64,000 nt of DNA from an uncultured Gammaproteobacteria bacterium (GCA_964407325.1 CAYOVA010000005.1:2996-66995), one strand, 5' to 3'. Positions 18,244 to 27,865 are shown, counted from the first letter of the stretch. Notes: generated by a model not told the origin, from the letters alone. Translations and numbers: made by a program.

Positions 18244-19737
18244 ATGTTGAGTGAGTTTCAGCAGGGTGAACTGCATAACCTTATCGCAAAGCACAAACCT
18301 CTCTATTTGTGGAGTGGTTCCTTTAAGTTCTTTAAATCGATGCCCACCCCCGCCACGGCATCATTTATTTTGGACTGTTTTAACAGACCAGATTTGTATA
18401 TGTTTGTCGCAAAAGAAACAGGACTTCCGTTATACCCCAGCAAAAGCAATATGATTGAACTGGTACTTGACCATGTCTACATTAACTTAAACGCGGAAAA
18501 AGAAATGATTTATAACTCGATCCCGGTCAATATCGAAGTATATGGAGAAAAAATAAAACCTGCGGTAACAATGAAATGGAGTTTGTGGAATTTCCCCGCA
18601 GCTGCGGGGATTTCGATGGGACTGATGTTTTGGATATGGGGACTGTGTACATCAAATCAACTGGAAAGTATTTATGCACGGGTAAACCAGAGGATAAGTG
18701 AATCAATTGCCAAGATTATTAAATCCTCCACCATTACGGAAGTTGCCCTTGAACTGGAAAGCGTGATGATGAACTTTGCGGTACTTACAGTAACCCATCT
18801 GATTGTCGAACAATATGTGGAATATTTACTGGTACAAAAGTTCCAGTACGATTGGGAAACAATTGAACGGTTCTACACCGAAAAGTTCGCCGATAGGAAT
18901 TTGCTGTACCAATCGGAAAAACAGCTAAAAGAAGTAGCCTCGAATAAGATGAGGATTGCCGATTACCTGGCAAAATACGGGAATCTTGCTACTATGGATT
19001 TTGAGTTGTCTGAACCACGTTATAACGAAGATGAAACGCGACTTCGTACCGTTATCCGTGACATTCAGAAAGAACCCGCTCCTCCTGCAACACAAGGACA
19101 GCTTCCCGCAATGAATTGGTTTGAAAGAAGCTTGGCAGAACGCTACTGGGAATCTTTGGCTTACATTGGTTCTGCTCGGGTGCAGTGCATGGCGATCGTG
19201 TCCCATCTGCGGTCATTGCTGATTGTATTTGCATCGCAGAATGCCGTGCCTGGTGATGCCATCTTTTTTATGAGAAGAGACGAAATTGTCAATAAACCAC
19301 AAAGCTTTATTGAAGAAGCAAAACAGCGGGAAATACGGTATTTGCAAAACAAAAATGTGCAGCTGCCGCAGCTTCTTACCGATGAGGTGATTACCAATAT
19401 GCTGTTGCCCTACACTAAAGGGGGGAAGCATCAGCTTGTTCCGATTTCCGCCGGCGTAGTTACGGCCAAGCTGAAATGCGTAAAGCAACCCGAAGATGCC
19501 AATTGTCCTGATAATAACTGCATTCTGGTATTTCCTGATGGAAAGCCCGCATACACCCAATACTACAAACGGGGAGTTGGAGTTATCTTTGAAAAAGGAG
19601 GAGCAACCACTCATGGAGCAATTCTGGCAAGGGAATACAAAATGCCTGCTATCTCGTTAGGCGGCCAAAAACTTGCTCTTGAAGATGGTATGGTAGTAAC
19701 AATTGATGGTGAAGCGGGGACTCTGCAAATTCAATAG
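18244..19737 (+). CDS. PEP-utilizing enzyme mobile (phosphohistidine swivel) domain protein
   Basis: The C-terminus GVIFEKGGATTHGAILAREYKMPAISLG is the PEP-utilizer swivel-domain signature with the catalytic His. The N-terminal ~400 aa are not recognisable. Confidence 0.7.
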   Translation: MLSEFQQGELHNLIAKHKPLYLWSGSFKFFKSMPTPATASFILDCFNRPDLYMFVAKETGLPLYPSKSNMIELVLDHVYINLNAEKEMIYNSIPVNIEVYGEKIKPAVTMKWSLWNFPAAAGISMGLMFWIWGLCTSNQLESIYARVNQRISESIAKIIKSSTITEVALELESVMMNFAVLTVTHLIVEQYVEYLLVQKFQYDWETIERFYTEKFADRNLLYQSEKQLKEVASNKMRIADYLAKYGNLATMDFELSEPRYNEDETRLRTVIRDIQKEPAPPATQGQLPAMNWFERSLAERYWESLAYIGSARVQCMAIVSHLRSLLIVFASQNAVPGDAIFFMRRDEIVNKPQSFIEEAKQREIRYLQNKNVQLPQLLTDEVITNMLLPYTKGGKHQLVPISAGVVTAKLKCVKQPEDANCPDNNCILVFPDGKPAYTQYYKRGVGVIFEKGGATTHGAILAREYKMPAISLGGQKLALEDGMVVTIDGEAGTLQIQ

Positions 19738-19740
19738 TGT

Positions 19741-20481
19741 CTAATTGCTTCCCGGGATATCACTTTCTGCATTCATCGGGGCAATGCTTTCAAGAATATT
19801 TCCGTAAATTGTTTGCAGTGCGCGATTTGCCTGCTCTGTTTTACCTGCGGTAAAACTGATTGTGACAACTGTTTTTGTGGGTGATATAAAGAAATAGCGG
19901 AGAGGGCCCATTTCATCGGTTACCCGAGTTTCAAGAATCTGCACGTTATTTCTGTTCGTAAATAGTGTTCCTTTTACGGGAGCTTCTTCCTTCCCGGCAT
20001 AGGTGCTGTCAAACCAGGTTTCGATATCAAGATCGGTTCTGGTTTCCTGGCCAATAAACATCTTTCCACCGCTTCCTTCATAAATAACGTATACGCCTGC
20101 ATTAGATCGGGTCCACTCGAGGGGATATTCAAGCGTGTACAGTAACTCGGGATTGTTGTACTTTCCTTGGTAAATGGTCGGTTGAACGCGCGGTGTGGCT
20201 GACAATATTGGTTGTGTAGAAACGGTAATCTCGGCCTCTGTTGGAAGAGGGACGGGTGTTGCAGTTACGACAACGGTACGACGAACAGGAGTTTTCTCGG
20301 AGGTCTGGTTTTGCCACACAAACAAATAAGCAGTTGTGCCTAAAGAAAGCATAATGCCGATTCCCAATGCAATAACAAGCCACAGTGGAAACTTTCTTTT
20401 TGGTTTATCGGGCTGTAACACCATAGGAGGGGGAATGTTTAGTTCAGGGTCTGTGACAAGAGAATCGGGAGTTTGGAGCAT
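19741..20481 (-). CDS. N-terminally anchored extracytoplasmic hypothetical protein
   Basis: One TM helix (FPLWLVIALGIGIMLSLGTTAYLFVW), a Pro/Thr linker and a ~150-aa globular domain. Last gene of a co-directional 4-gene cluster. Confidence 0.55.
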   Translation of the reverse strand: MLQTPDSLVTDPELNIPPPMVLQPDKPKRKFPLWLVIALGIGIMLSLGTTAYLFVWQNQTSEKTPVRRTVVVTATPVPLPTEAEITVSTQPILSATPRVQPTIYQGKYNNPELLYTLEYPLEWTRSNAGVYVIYEGSGGKMFIGQETRTDLDIETWFDSTYAGKEEAPVKGTLFTNRNNVQILETRVTDEMGPLRYFFISPTKTVVTISFTAGKTEQANRALQTIYGNILESIAPMNAESDIPGSN

Positions 20482-20493
20482 ATATTTATGATA

Positions 20494-21771
20494 CTACAAG
20501 CCGAGACGAAGACATACTGGTGGATTAATATCAATCTTACCTGTAACTGATCCACCGGGCGTGGTGACAGAAACCGTGTGGCTACCGCATGTAACACTAC
20601 TAAAGACGGCGCGGATTTTATTAGGCGTATTTTCCCTTATCCCTGTGAGCGAAGATCCGCTCATTGCAACTTGGGCGTTTTCAAAATTTCCTCCAAGAAT
20701 ATCGATTGTTGCTGATTGAATTATCCCACCGGCGATGCTCCCTAATAGTCCAGGGTCATAATTTACAACTTCAATAAACGGTGCCGGTACTGATGTTGTA
20801 GGGGTAGGTGTTGGTGTAAAGGTAGGGGCAGTTGTATTTGCCTGCACTGGAGTATTTGTTGCTCCAGATGAAGTGACAGTTGTGGGAACGGGTGTTGGTG
20901 TCCTGCCTTTTACGGTCGGTGTTGGTCGTGGTGAACTGGTTGGCCGGGGAGTATTGGTGCCGCGAAGTCCCAAGGTGGGATTGAGAGTTACGGTAGGAAC
21001 TGTTTCTGAGTCGCTGGTCACACCCAATACGTTGTCTTCATCATATGTCTTTTCACCAAACCGTTCATCCAATACTTCGTCCTGCTCCCTATTAAACTGC
21101 ACCCATTCGTCTTCCATATTAATCCGGTACACTTCGTCTTCGGTAAATCCTTTTCCGGTAATGCAGTTTACTTCTGCGAGCATGTTCTCAGACAGTGTCG
21201 CTTCGTTTGACCCATTAACACACTTCATTTCGACTGTCCCTTTTAACACTGATCCGCGGTTTACTTCATTGGGCAATAAGCCATGGCCATAAGAAGTGCC
21301 GCGAACGGACGCCACCATTGTCCCGCCACTGGACTGGTACGATTCATTGCCGAACAGTTTTTTTATACGTGACCAGATTCTTCCCTGGAGTATTTCGATA
21401 AATATATTCTGCGGTTGCGGGTCAAATTGTTTGACTCGGACAATGCTATCAAAATCAACACGGGTTACTGTCCCACCTGGGAAAACAATCTGCGCCCGAC
21501 CTTCGGCACCTGTTTTAATGATGGTACCTTCGGGGATTATCATATTTTCCTCCGCAGCGACAAATCCTTTCTGCCCGGGAAGCGATACACCCACCGGCTC
21601 TGAAAAAATTTCCAGACGGGCAACAAGTTTGCTTATCGTGGGAGAAAGTGAAGTTGCCTTGTCTTTTACATCCTGTCTATTGAAAGATTGAAGACCATAT
21701 AAAACACCGCTCCCTATGGTAAGTACTAAAAATCCAGTAACGGTAAATAAAAGAGGTTTGCTTTTCCACAT
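20494..21771 (-). CDS. FecR-domain protein with Pro/Thr-rich linker and C-terminal beta-rich domain
   Basis: N-terminal TM helix. IIKTGAEGRAQIVFPGGTVTRVDFDSIVRV is a FecR-like pattern. A long TPxP linker (TPRPTSSPRPTPTVKGRTPTPVPTT...) follows. Confidence 0.6.
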   Translation of the reverse strand: MWKSKPLLFTVTGFLVLTIGSGVLYGLQSFNRQDVKDKATSLSPTISKLVARLEIFSEPVGVSLPGQKGFVAAEENMIIPEGTIIKTGAEGRAQIVFPGGTVTRVDFDSIVRVKQFDPQPQNIFIEILQGRIWSRIKKLFGNESYQSSGGTMVASVRGTSYGHGLLPNEVNRGSVLKGTVEMKCVNGSNEATLSENMLAEVNCITGKGFTEDEVYRINMEDEWVQFNREQDEVLDERFGEKTYDEDNVLGVTSDSETVPTVTLNPTLGLRGTNTPRPTSSPRPTPTVKGRTPTPVPTTVTSSGATNTPVQANTTAPTFTPTPTPTTSVPAPFIEVVNYDPGLLGSIAGGIIQSATIDILGGNFENAQVAMSGSSLTGIRENTPNKIRAVFSSVTCGSHTVSVTTPGGSVTGKIDINPPVCLRLGL

Positions 21772-21805
21772 ATCTATCTGACAACTTATTCAAGTATATC
21801 AAGTC

Positions 21806-22012
21806 TTACTGGTTATTTTCGACCGGGCGGGTGATAATCATCTTCTGATTATCCGGAGAGCTTGCATTCACATTGCGAGTATTGGTATTGTAGTAAGCCC
21901 ATAGAAAAACTCCGCAAGATACAACCACAAGGAGCATAACAATAATACGGGGATTAATTGTGGGAGCATCAGAGGTGGACTTTTTTAGTTTAAACCGGGA
22001 CTTTGGAAGCAT
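21806..22012 (-). CDS. Small single-pass membrane protein (hypothetical)
   Basis: 68 aa with one TM helix (IIVMLLVVVSCGVFLWAYY). Fills the gap in the co-directional cluster. Confidence 0.35.
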   Translation of the reverse strand: MLPKSRFKLKKSTSDAPTINPRIIVMLLVVVSCGVFLWAYYNTNTRNVNASSPDNQKMIITRPVENNQ

Positions 22013-22027
22013 GAATTCAGTATAACT

Positions 22028-22981
22028 TTAACTATCCTTTTTTTCAATGTATCGAAAGCTGTCAGTTATCTTCTTAAAGACATCTTCATTGCTTTTGTTA
22101 TTCACATCTAATTCAGTCGAATCAAGTTCGATACTATAGACTTTTTCTTTATCTTTTGAAAACACGTAAGCAGCAATTGTTTTATAGGTAGCTCCGCCAG
22201 TATTCAGTTCATATGAATGTGCTTTTTTCCCATCCTGCCCATTGAGTGAAATGGACTCTGTCCCGTTTTTTGGCTTTCTGCCACGAGGGTCACTTTCCAA
22301 ATAAGCGTCAATCGAATCAAATTTCTTTTTTGTCACCCCTAAATGGAGTTTGTATTTCCCGTCTTCGCTTTCAAGTGTTTTAATATCCGTGTCTCCTTCT
22401 GTTCTGGTACCTGCTTTTTTCCACTTTTCGTGTTCCACTGAAAACAGATCATCGGGACTAATTGCTACATTTTCGGGAACAGGTGTCGGTGACGGTGAGG
22501 CAGAAGGCGTTGGGCTACTCCCTTTGGTAGGTTTCGGAGGAACTTTTTGCATTTTGCCGTCGGGTGTTTTCATCATTTGCCCCGGCTGCTGTCCCATTTG
22601 CTGCTGTGCAGCAGCTTGCGGATTGGTTAGCCCTTTTTTCTGGTTGTTGTTTGCTGCACCTACCTGAACTTCAGGAAGGGAATCATTTACTCCCATAATA
22701 TTTTTCTCATTCGGGTCGCTATATAATAGTTCATTTTGATCCCGTTCCATCATTTTGGATTGCAGAGTTGAGTTAAATGAATAGTATGCAATAAATCCGA
22801 TAAGGGAAAACACCACGATAACAATAGTTATGATGGTTATTGAAGTGGAAACCGATTGTGCATGGGGCGATTTATGAAGCTCTATAACCTTTTTGCTGAT
22901 ATCGGTATAGTTTTTGACTTCCGGTGAAGTAGATTCTGGTGACTGTGATCCGAATTCTGGCATACCAGTATATGGTAGCAC
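22028..22981 (-). CDS. N-terminally anchored extracytoplasmic hypothetical protein
   Basis: TM helix (ITIITIVIVVFSLIGFIAYY), a Gln/Pro-rich linker (SPTPSASPSPTP) and a C-terminal globular domain. Confidence 0.55.
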   Translation of the reverse strand: MLPYTGMPEFGSQSPESTSPEVKNYTDISKKVIELHKSPHAQSVSTSITIITIVIVVFSLIGFIAYYSFNSTLQSKMMERDQNELLYSDPNEKNIMGVNDSLPEVQVGAANNNQKKGLTNPQAAAQQQMGQQPGQMMKTPDGKMQKVPPKPTKGSSPTPSASPSPTPVPENVAISPDDLFSVEHEKWKKAGTRTEGDTDIKTLESEDGKYKLHLGVTKKKFDSIDAYLESDPRGRKPKNGTESISLNGQDGKKAHSYELNTGGATYKTIAAYVFSKDKEKVYSIELDSTELDVNNKSNEDVFKKITDSFRYIEKKDS

Positions 22982-23007
22982 ATCGTGATAAGGGATAGGT
23001 AAGGGGA

Positions 23008-23440
23008 TTATGAGAATCTGAAAGGGGTATTGAAAATGTCTCCAAGCTTGTTTTCATACATAGCTCTTCCGACTATTACAGCGTCGATATTCCGCTGGTG
23101 TGCAGTTTTAATATCTTCTATCGACGAAATTCCCCCCGAGACAATCACTACCGCCCCCGACAGCTTTTTGAATTCTGCCGCAAGCGCATGTTTATACGCT
23201 TTGGATTGCTGCTCAAGTGATTCATCAAAAGAAAATGATGCGGTGATATGGGAAAAATCAGTGTGCTCTGTTACCAGTGCCTCGTAACAATAACCTGCCA
23301 AACGTTGAGAGCTGTAAGGTACTGACTATTATTTCCGTACCCTGTGATACAAAATGACGTGCGATCTTTACCGGGTCAGTCCCCAAATGAAGATATATGG
23401 GAGCGCCGTTTTGAATATCAATAGCTGGGATTATACGCAT
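23008..23440 (-). pseudogene. hisA-like (ProFAR isomerase) remnant, frameshifted and internally deleted
   Basis: One frame starts MRIIPAIDIQNGAPIYLHLG.DPVKIARHF..QGTEII (HisA beta1-beta2). A second frame ends AVVIVSGGISSIEDIKTAH..NIDAVIVGRAMYENKL (HisA beta7-beta8). Together they give ~140 aa against ~240 aa for an intact HisA, split over two frames. Confidence 0.5.
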
Positions 23441-24302
23441 AGGGTTGTGATAGTATAGCAATCGCCGCCAAAAAGGTGTCACGTTGGTTTGGATTTACTT
23501 TTGTTTCAAGAAATTCTGCTGTCAACTTTTCAGCTTTCCTGTCTCCCGGTAATAAAGACGATAAAAAGTGCAAATCTGGATTGGGCTGTACTTGTCCTGT
23601 AAAAATTTTCCCCGCACATACATATGCAAAGCCGGGGAGTGATGAAGCAGTTTCCATGCGGGCAGCATTACTATTCGGATCAAACATGATGGGGGCCATT
23701 ATGCTCCATTGAGCATCGCTGAACTCAGTTGCATATCTCATGGCTTCAGCGGTAATTCCGGTACTGAGGACATCATCAACAATAACAACATGGCGTGGTT
23801 GCCGCCCTTGCATTGCTTGCATAATTCTGTCGTTAATTCCGGGAAGATTAACTCCCATTACTGCTCCTGTAACAGGATCTCTTACGCGCTTTGCCTCTAT
23901 TTCTGCTTCGCAAAAACCGGCTGTAATGTTTTGCAGCATCCTTTGCACCAGTTTCCCCCCGTTTCCCGGATACAGCAAGAGTGTTTCTTCGGGAGGAATA
24001 GTTTCTTCGGGAGGGGTACGGGCTAAAGAGTCGGAAAAGGTTTCGTACATTTGTGCAACGAGTGTATCCAGTTGTTGAACATCAACGGTTCCTTTATTAC
24101 AGGACTGTACTAGCATCTCAAGTGCTTGAGCCGCACCTATACCTGCAAAAGGAGTGATATCATCGATAATTATATGTTTGGAAGCGGGCACCCATTCACA
24201 GCTTCCAAAGCGTAGGTTATCAAATTTGCTGAGTGAGCGCCTAAAGGCTTCCCTGTTTGATTCAATCTGTAATTTCCATTGTTCATTTTCTGATATTGAC
24301 AT
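23418..24302 (-). CDS. Type-I phosphoribosyltransferase-domain protein
   Basis: PRPP-binding motif HVVIVDDVLSTGITAEAM (acidic pair plus TG.T) in the C-terminal half. Specificity unknown. Confidence 0.6.
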   Translation of the reverse strand: MSISENEQWKLQIESNREAFRRSLSKFDNLRFGSCEWVPASKHIIIDDITPFAGIGAAQALEMLVQSCNKGTVDVQQLDTLVAQMYETFSDSLARTPPEETIPPEETLLLYPGNGGKLVQRMLQNITAGFCEAEIEAKRVRDPVTGAVMGVNLPGINDRIMQAMQGRQPRHVVIVDDVLSTGITAEAMRYATEFSDAQWSIMAPIMFDPNSNAARMETASSLPGFAYVCAGKIFTGQVQPNPDLHFLSSLLPGDRKAEKLTAEFLETKVNPNQRDTFLAAIAILSQPYAYNPSY

Positions 24303-24319
24303 AAAAAGGAAAAAATGTA

Positions 24320-24345
24320 TAAAAAAAGACCCCGACGTGGGGCCT
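24320..24345 (-). terminator. Intrinsic terminator candidate (minus strand) downstream of the E1 fusion gene
   Basis: The minus strand reads AGGCCCC-acgtc-GGGGTCT followed by TTTTTTT. The stem is only 6-7 bp with one mismatch. Confidence 0.45.
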
Positions 24346-24460
24346 TGTTACTTGTACCAGTAGAAAGAAGCCCCGCTTATGCGAGGTGGTGATACAAAGC
24401 AGTTACTAATAATTTCATGACAGTATACTAACATAATAAAACCCGGTATGCAAGGGAGAT

Positions 24461-27280
24461 TTAAGCGGCTTTCATGTGTCGGGCTCGTTGTATTATGTCG
24501 TCAAGTTGCGGGACAGCCGCCCTTTCATATGAACGACCTGCAGGAAAGGGAATATCCATTGCATGAAGCGTCTCTATTTCTTTGTCTAAATACCGGAAAG
24601 CAGGTTTGAGGTTTTTTAAATAAACAGCCGTATCTCCACCAAAACCGGCTTCCAGAGTCATCACAGATCCTGCTCTCATTATTTCTTTATACACTGTTTC
24701 ATAATCAAACTGTCTGCCCATGTTACCTCTGGTATCAATGGTTGTTAAATCAATTCCTTCTTTTGCAAGTTGTTCCGCAGCCAGCACAGCTAGAGGAACA
24801 TTGTTCCCATGGGTAATACACACAATAGGCTCCCGGCCTAAAGCATGAGGTTTAAAACCGGGCGGCTGTATTACACGGGCTTCACCGACAGGTGTTCTTA
24901 CACGTCCCTGATAGGGTTGTCGTGCACTATGCATCAGGCTTATTGGATGGTACAGGAAAACAGGATATCCCCGAGCGGCCAATGCCACTGCTTCACGGAC
25001 ATGGCCGCCTGCTTCAATAGGATTGGATGACGTTAACAGAACTCCCCCTGCTCTCTGCACATACTCATACAGGTAAGAGTTGCCATGTCCTATTCCTCCA
25101 ACACCACCATCTGGCCCCCCGATTCTTGCACCATCATTGACCTCAATTACCATCCCTACCGGAAATTTTCCATTACTGCGCCACAGTGTATTGAGCAATG
25201 ACCCGTGTATTTGCTCCGCTGCACTATGAATATATGGTCCGAATCCAATTTGAACATAGGGAATTTCTCCTGGTGATAATTCGCGTGGTCCTTTTGAAAA
25301 AGTCCTTCCAGTTGCAGTTGCTACAATTCCTACCTCGCTAATCGGGAAATGTCGGACTCGTCTGTTCCCGAAGATTGCTTCAAGGTATTTGCTAGTGCCA
25401 AAATAACCACCCTTTCCTTTAAGCATATCGATAAGTAACGATTGTATACCTGGTGGAACCTGATCAAACTTGCCTTCGTTCCAGCAGCGTAGCGCACGTC
25501 TTGCGTAAATAATTTCCTGATGAGAATAATCACCGGTAAGTTCTGCTTCAGTAATTCTGTCATCTCCATATTTGAGCATATCCCGGCCAATATCAAATTG
25601 ACCGACATCCTCTCCATACACAACAAGTCGGGGATCTCTTTTAAGACATTCTGCAAGAGCAATACAAATATGCTGGCTTGTCGATAGCAGCTGCCCATCT
25701 TTTATGGTATCGGGATTAACATATTCTGCAGTTGGGTCGCGCGGGATAATTAAACGTTCCGTATTAAAAGAATAGTGTTCGTACCTTCCCGGTGCAACTT
25801 CGCCAGACACCGTTACTTTTGCTAATCCGAATGTAGCTTCTTCCGGATAAACAAAGTTATAAAGCCTTTCCGGATTGGCAGGAGGTAGCTGGAGAATTTC
25901 GGTGTACATCTGGTCAATATGGTTTTCCGCGTTTGCATCAACCTGGTCCAGAAGCTCTGCTGATGCTACTCCCCTTTCTATAAGATGCTTGCGATAGAGA
26001 GGGAGCGCATCATGCGATAAGTGTTCTTCAACTTCGTGGAGGGGGAATGTTTTTGATTCCTCAAATGTACTGGTATGGTCTGTTACGCGCGGGACATTGT
26101 TTACCTGTAAAAGGACTATACCTTCCCTGCTTCGGGCATACCTCATTGCTTCAAAAGTGGCCTGAGCCATTCCCTCAATATCATCAATACTTACATCAAT
26201 GAGCTTGAAGTTACCAGCAGCTTGAAAACTACGAAAAGGGAGAGAAGGATCATATTCTCCGGATTCGGCATTAAAAATAGAATTAGTGCTTAATCCCATA
26301 CCTATACCGCCAAAATTATTTACTACGGTGAATACCATCCCAAGGCCATGTTCATCACCATACAGTTGCTTGTACTGCTGGTCATCTTTTACCGCCTGCC
26401 AGACTGCATCATACATTGCAGGTTGCCGTACTGAAGCTTCTCCCGTAGTGGCTATGGTAACAGGACTTTTTGAGTTATTTCTTGCATAGCTCCGGTCCGG
26501 ATTTAATGCGCGGTTTGCAAATGCTGTAGCATGGCCCACTGCCTGGGGTATGTGAGTAGTAGTGTAGCTCATTGCCGGGTAGATGCTGAATTCTGATGCT
26601 GCAACATGGCCACCAAGATTACGTGCATCAGTGCCACGGTCACCATCGGTATGAGCATCCTGTCTGGCCAATTGATTTGTTTCCACACCGCGTATTATTG
26701 CTGAAGTCGTTCCGCGGTAATAGGTATAAATCGGGTTATTGTTAGCTTCAAGCTCTGGATCCTCACTACCATCCGCTTCAGCTAAAGCGACTGCTGCTGC
26801 TTCAAAACATCTTGCAATGTATTCACCACCGGCATCATATACAAAAAACTGAAGTTTTCCTGCTCCACCGGGATATTCCTGTCCGCTCCGCTGGAGCAGT
26901 TTCCCTTTTTCTGCATATTCACGGGAAAATCTCATTGCTACATATTCACGAAGCAAACGTTGTCGTGTTAATCCGAAAGTTGCCTTTCCTTCAATCCGTT
27001 CTGCAAGCCATTCGGTAGTAACAGGAGAGGTCAACCCTTCAAAGGCAGTATTTAGAATACTATCTTCTTCCGTCCACGGAGGTGGTTGGGTAATGGACTC
27101 ATCTGCTAACAGTTCAATCTCACGCAAACCCTGTAATCCTTGCAGGATAAAGTAAGGCATTTGTCGATCATTCGGAATTTTATCTTCCTGTAAAGCTACT
27201 TGTAAATCGCTTTCGCCGGCTTTGAGCATAATTTTTGAAATTATAATCACTGACGTATGTTTTAACCATATATTTTCCAC
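24461..27280 (-). CDS. TPP-dependent 2-oxoacid dehydrogenase E1 component, fused alpha and beta subunits
   Basis: The N-terminal half resembles E1-alpha (TPP-binding region around ATTGEASVRQ... and VVNNFGGIGM). The C-terminal half resembles E1-beta/transketolase pyrimidine-binding and C-terminal domains (VYGEDVG.., FPISEVGIVATATG, ITHGNNVPLAVLAAEQLAKEGIDLTTIDTRG). The start is uncertain: GTG 27280 or ATG 27229. Confidence 0.7.
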   Translation of the reverse strand: MENIWLKHTSVIIISKIMLKAGESDLQVALQEDKIPNDRQMPYFILQGLQGLREIELLADESITQPPPWTEEDSILNTAFEGLTSPVTTEWLAERIEGKATFGLTRQRLLREYVAMRFSREYAEKGKLLQRSGQEYPGGAGKLQFFVYDAGGEYIARCFEAAAVALAEADGSEDPELEANNNPIYTYYRGTTSAIIRGVETNQLARQDAHTDGDRGTDARNLGGHVAASEFSIYPAMSYTTTHIPQAVGHATAFANRALNPDRSYARNNSKSPVTIATTGEASVRQPAMYDAVWQAVKDDQQYKQLYGDEHGLGMVFTVVNNFGGIGMGLSTNSIFNAESGEYDPSLPFRSFQAAGNFKLIDVSIDDIEGMAQATFEAMRYARSREGIVLLQVNNVPRVTDHTSTFEESKTFPLHEVEEHLSHDALPLYRKHLIERGVASAELLDQVDANAENHIDQMYTEILQLPPANPERLYNFVYPEEATFGLAKVTVSGEVAPGRYEHYSFNTERLIIPRDPTAEYVNPDTIKDGQLLSTSQHICIALAECLKRDPRLVVYGEDVGQFDIGRDMLKYGDDRITEAELTGDYSHQEIIYARRALRCWNEGKFDQVPPGIQSLLIDMLKGKGGYFGTSKYLEAIFGNRRVRHFPISEVGIVATATGRTFSKGPRELSPGEIPYVQIGFGPYIHSAAEQIHGSLLNTLWRSNGKFPVGMVIEVNDGARIGGPDGGVGGIGHGNSYLYEYVQRAGGVLLTSSNPIEAGGHVREAVALAARGYPVFLYHPISLMHSARQPYQGRVRTPVGEARVIQPPGFKPHALGREPIVCITHGNNVPLAVLAAEQLAKEGIDLTTIDTRGNMGRQFDYETVYKEIMRAGSVMTLEAGFGGDTAVYLKNLKPAFRYLDKEIETLHAMDIPFPAGRSYERAAVPQLDDIIQRARHMKAA

Positions 27281-27287
27281 ATTCTTC

Positions 27288-27293
27288 TATACT
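27288..27293 (+). promoter_or_regulatory. -10-like TATACT, 8 nt upstream of ATG 27302
   Basis: Sequence is ttcTATACTatttatgtATG. Confidence 0.3.
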
Positions 27294-27301
27294 ATTTATG
27301 T

Positions 27302-27865
27302 ATGAATTTACAAGATAAGCTTATCGCCGGTTGCGGGGTTTTTATAGTAGGAGTGGTGGCATTTGCTGCCTATCATCATTTTATTACTCCCGATACGGGC
27401 TCAGCATTAGGGGCAAAAGCACGACCTACCCCCCGTATAGTTCGCCCTTCAGGAGGGGCAGGAAACGCAAGCGATTCTAAAGCGATTCTTGATAAAGACA
27501 AACAACTGTATGAGCAATTAGCCCAGGATTCAAAAGCAAAGAAATTTGGTTTGACAGATGTGATAGGGAGCAATACGTACGGTGAAGGGTTTTACTTCCG
27601 GGGCGGAGGCAAGCTGTATGTGGGCGCAAAACTCCATATGCCCGAAGCACCCGAAGGGACAGTGCACCAGGCATGGCTTATGAAAGAATTACCACGCAAA
27701 CAGTATGTTCCTTTGGGGCGCCCGCAGATTATCGGTTCGGGACAATTTCTTGTCGCAAAAACAATTACACCTTCTTATCCAGAGTTTGATACGATCGTTA
27801 TCACACTTGAAGCGCAAGAAGATATGACACCAGAACGGGTTGTTATGCAGGGAAAATTCGAATAA
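27302..27865 (+). CDS. Membrane-anchored protein with anti-sigma-K (RskA)-like C-terminal domain
   Basis: N-terminal TM helix. The C-terminal VHQAWLMKE.....VPLG......GQFLV.......EFDTIVITLEAQEDMTPERVVMQG resembles the RskA extracytoplasmic domain pattern (YQ.WL....P.S.G......AVT.EP.GG...P). Confidence 0.45.
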   Translation: MNLQDKLIAGCGVFIVGVVAFAAYHHFITPDTGSALGAKARPTPRIVRPSGGAGNASDSKAILDKDKQLYEQLAQDSKAKKFGLTDVIGSNTYGEGFYFRGGGKLYVGAKLHMPEAPEGTVHQAWLMKELPRKQYVPLGRPQIIGSGQFLVAKTITPSYPEFDTIVITLEAQEDMTPERVVMQGKFE

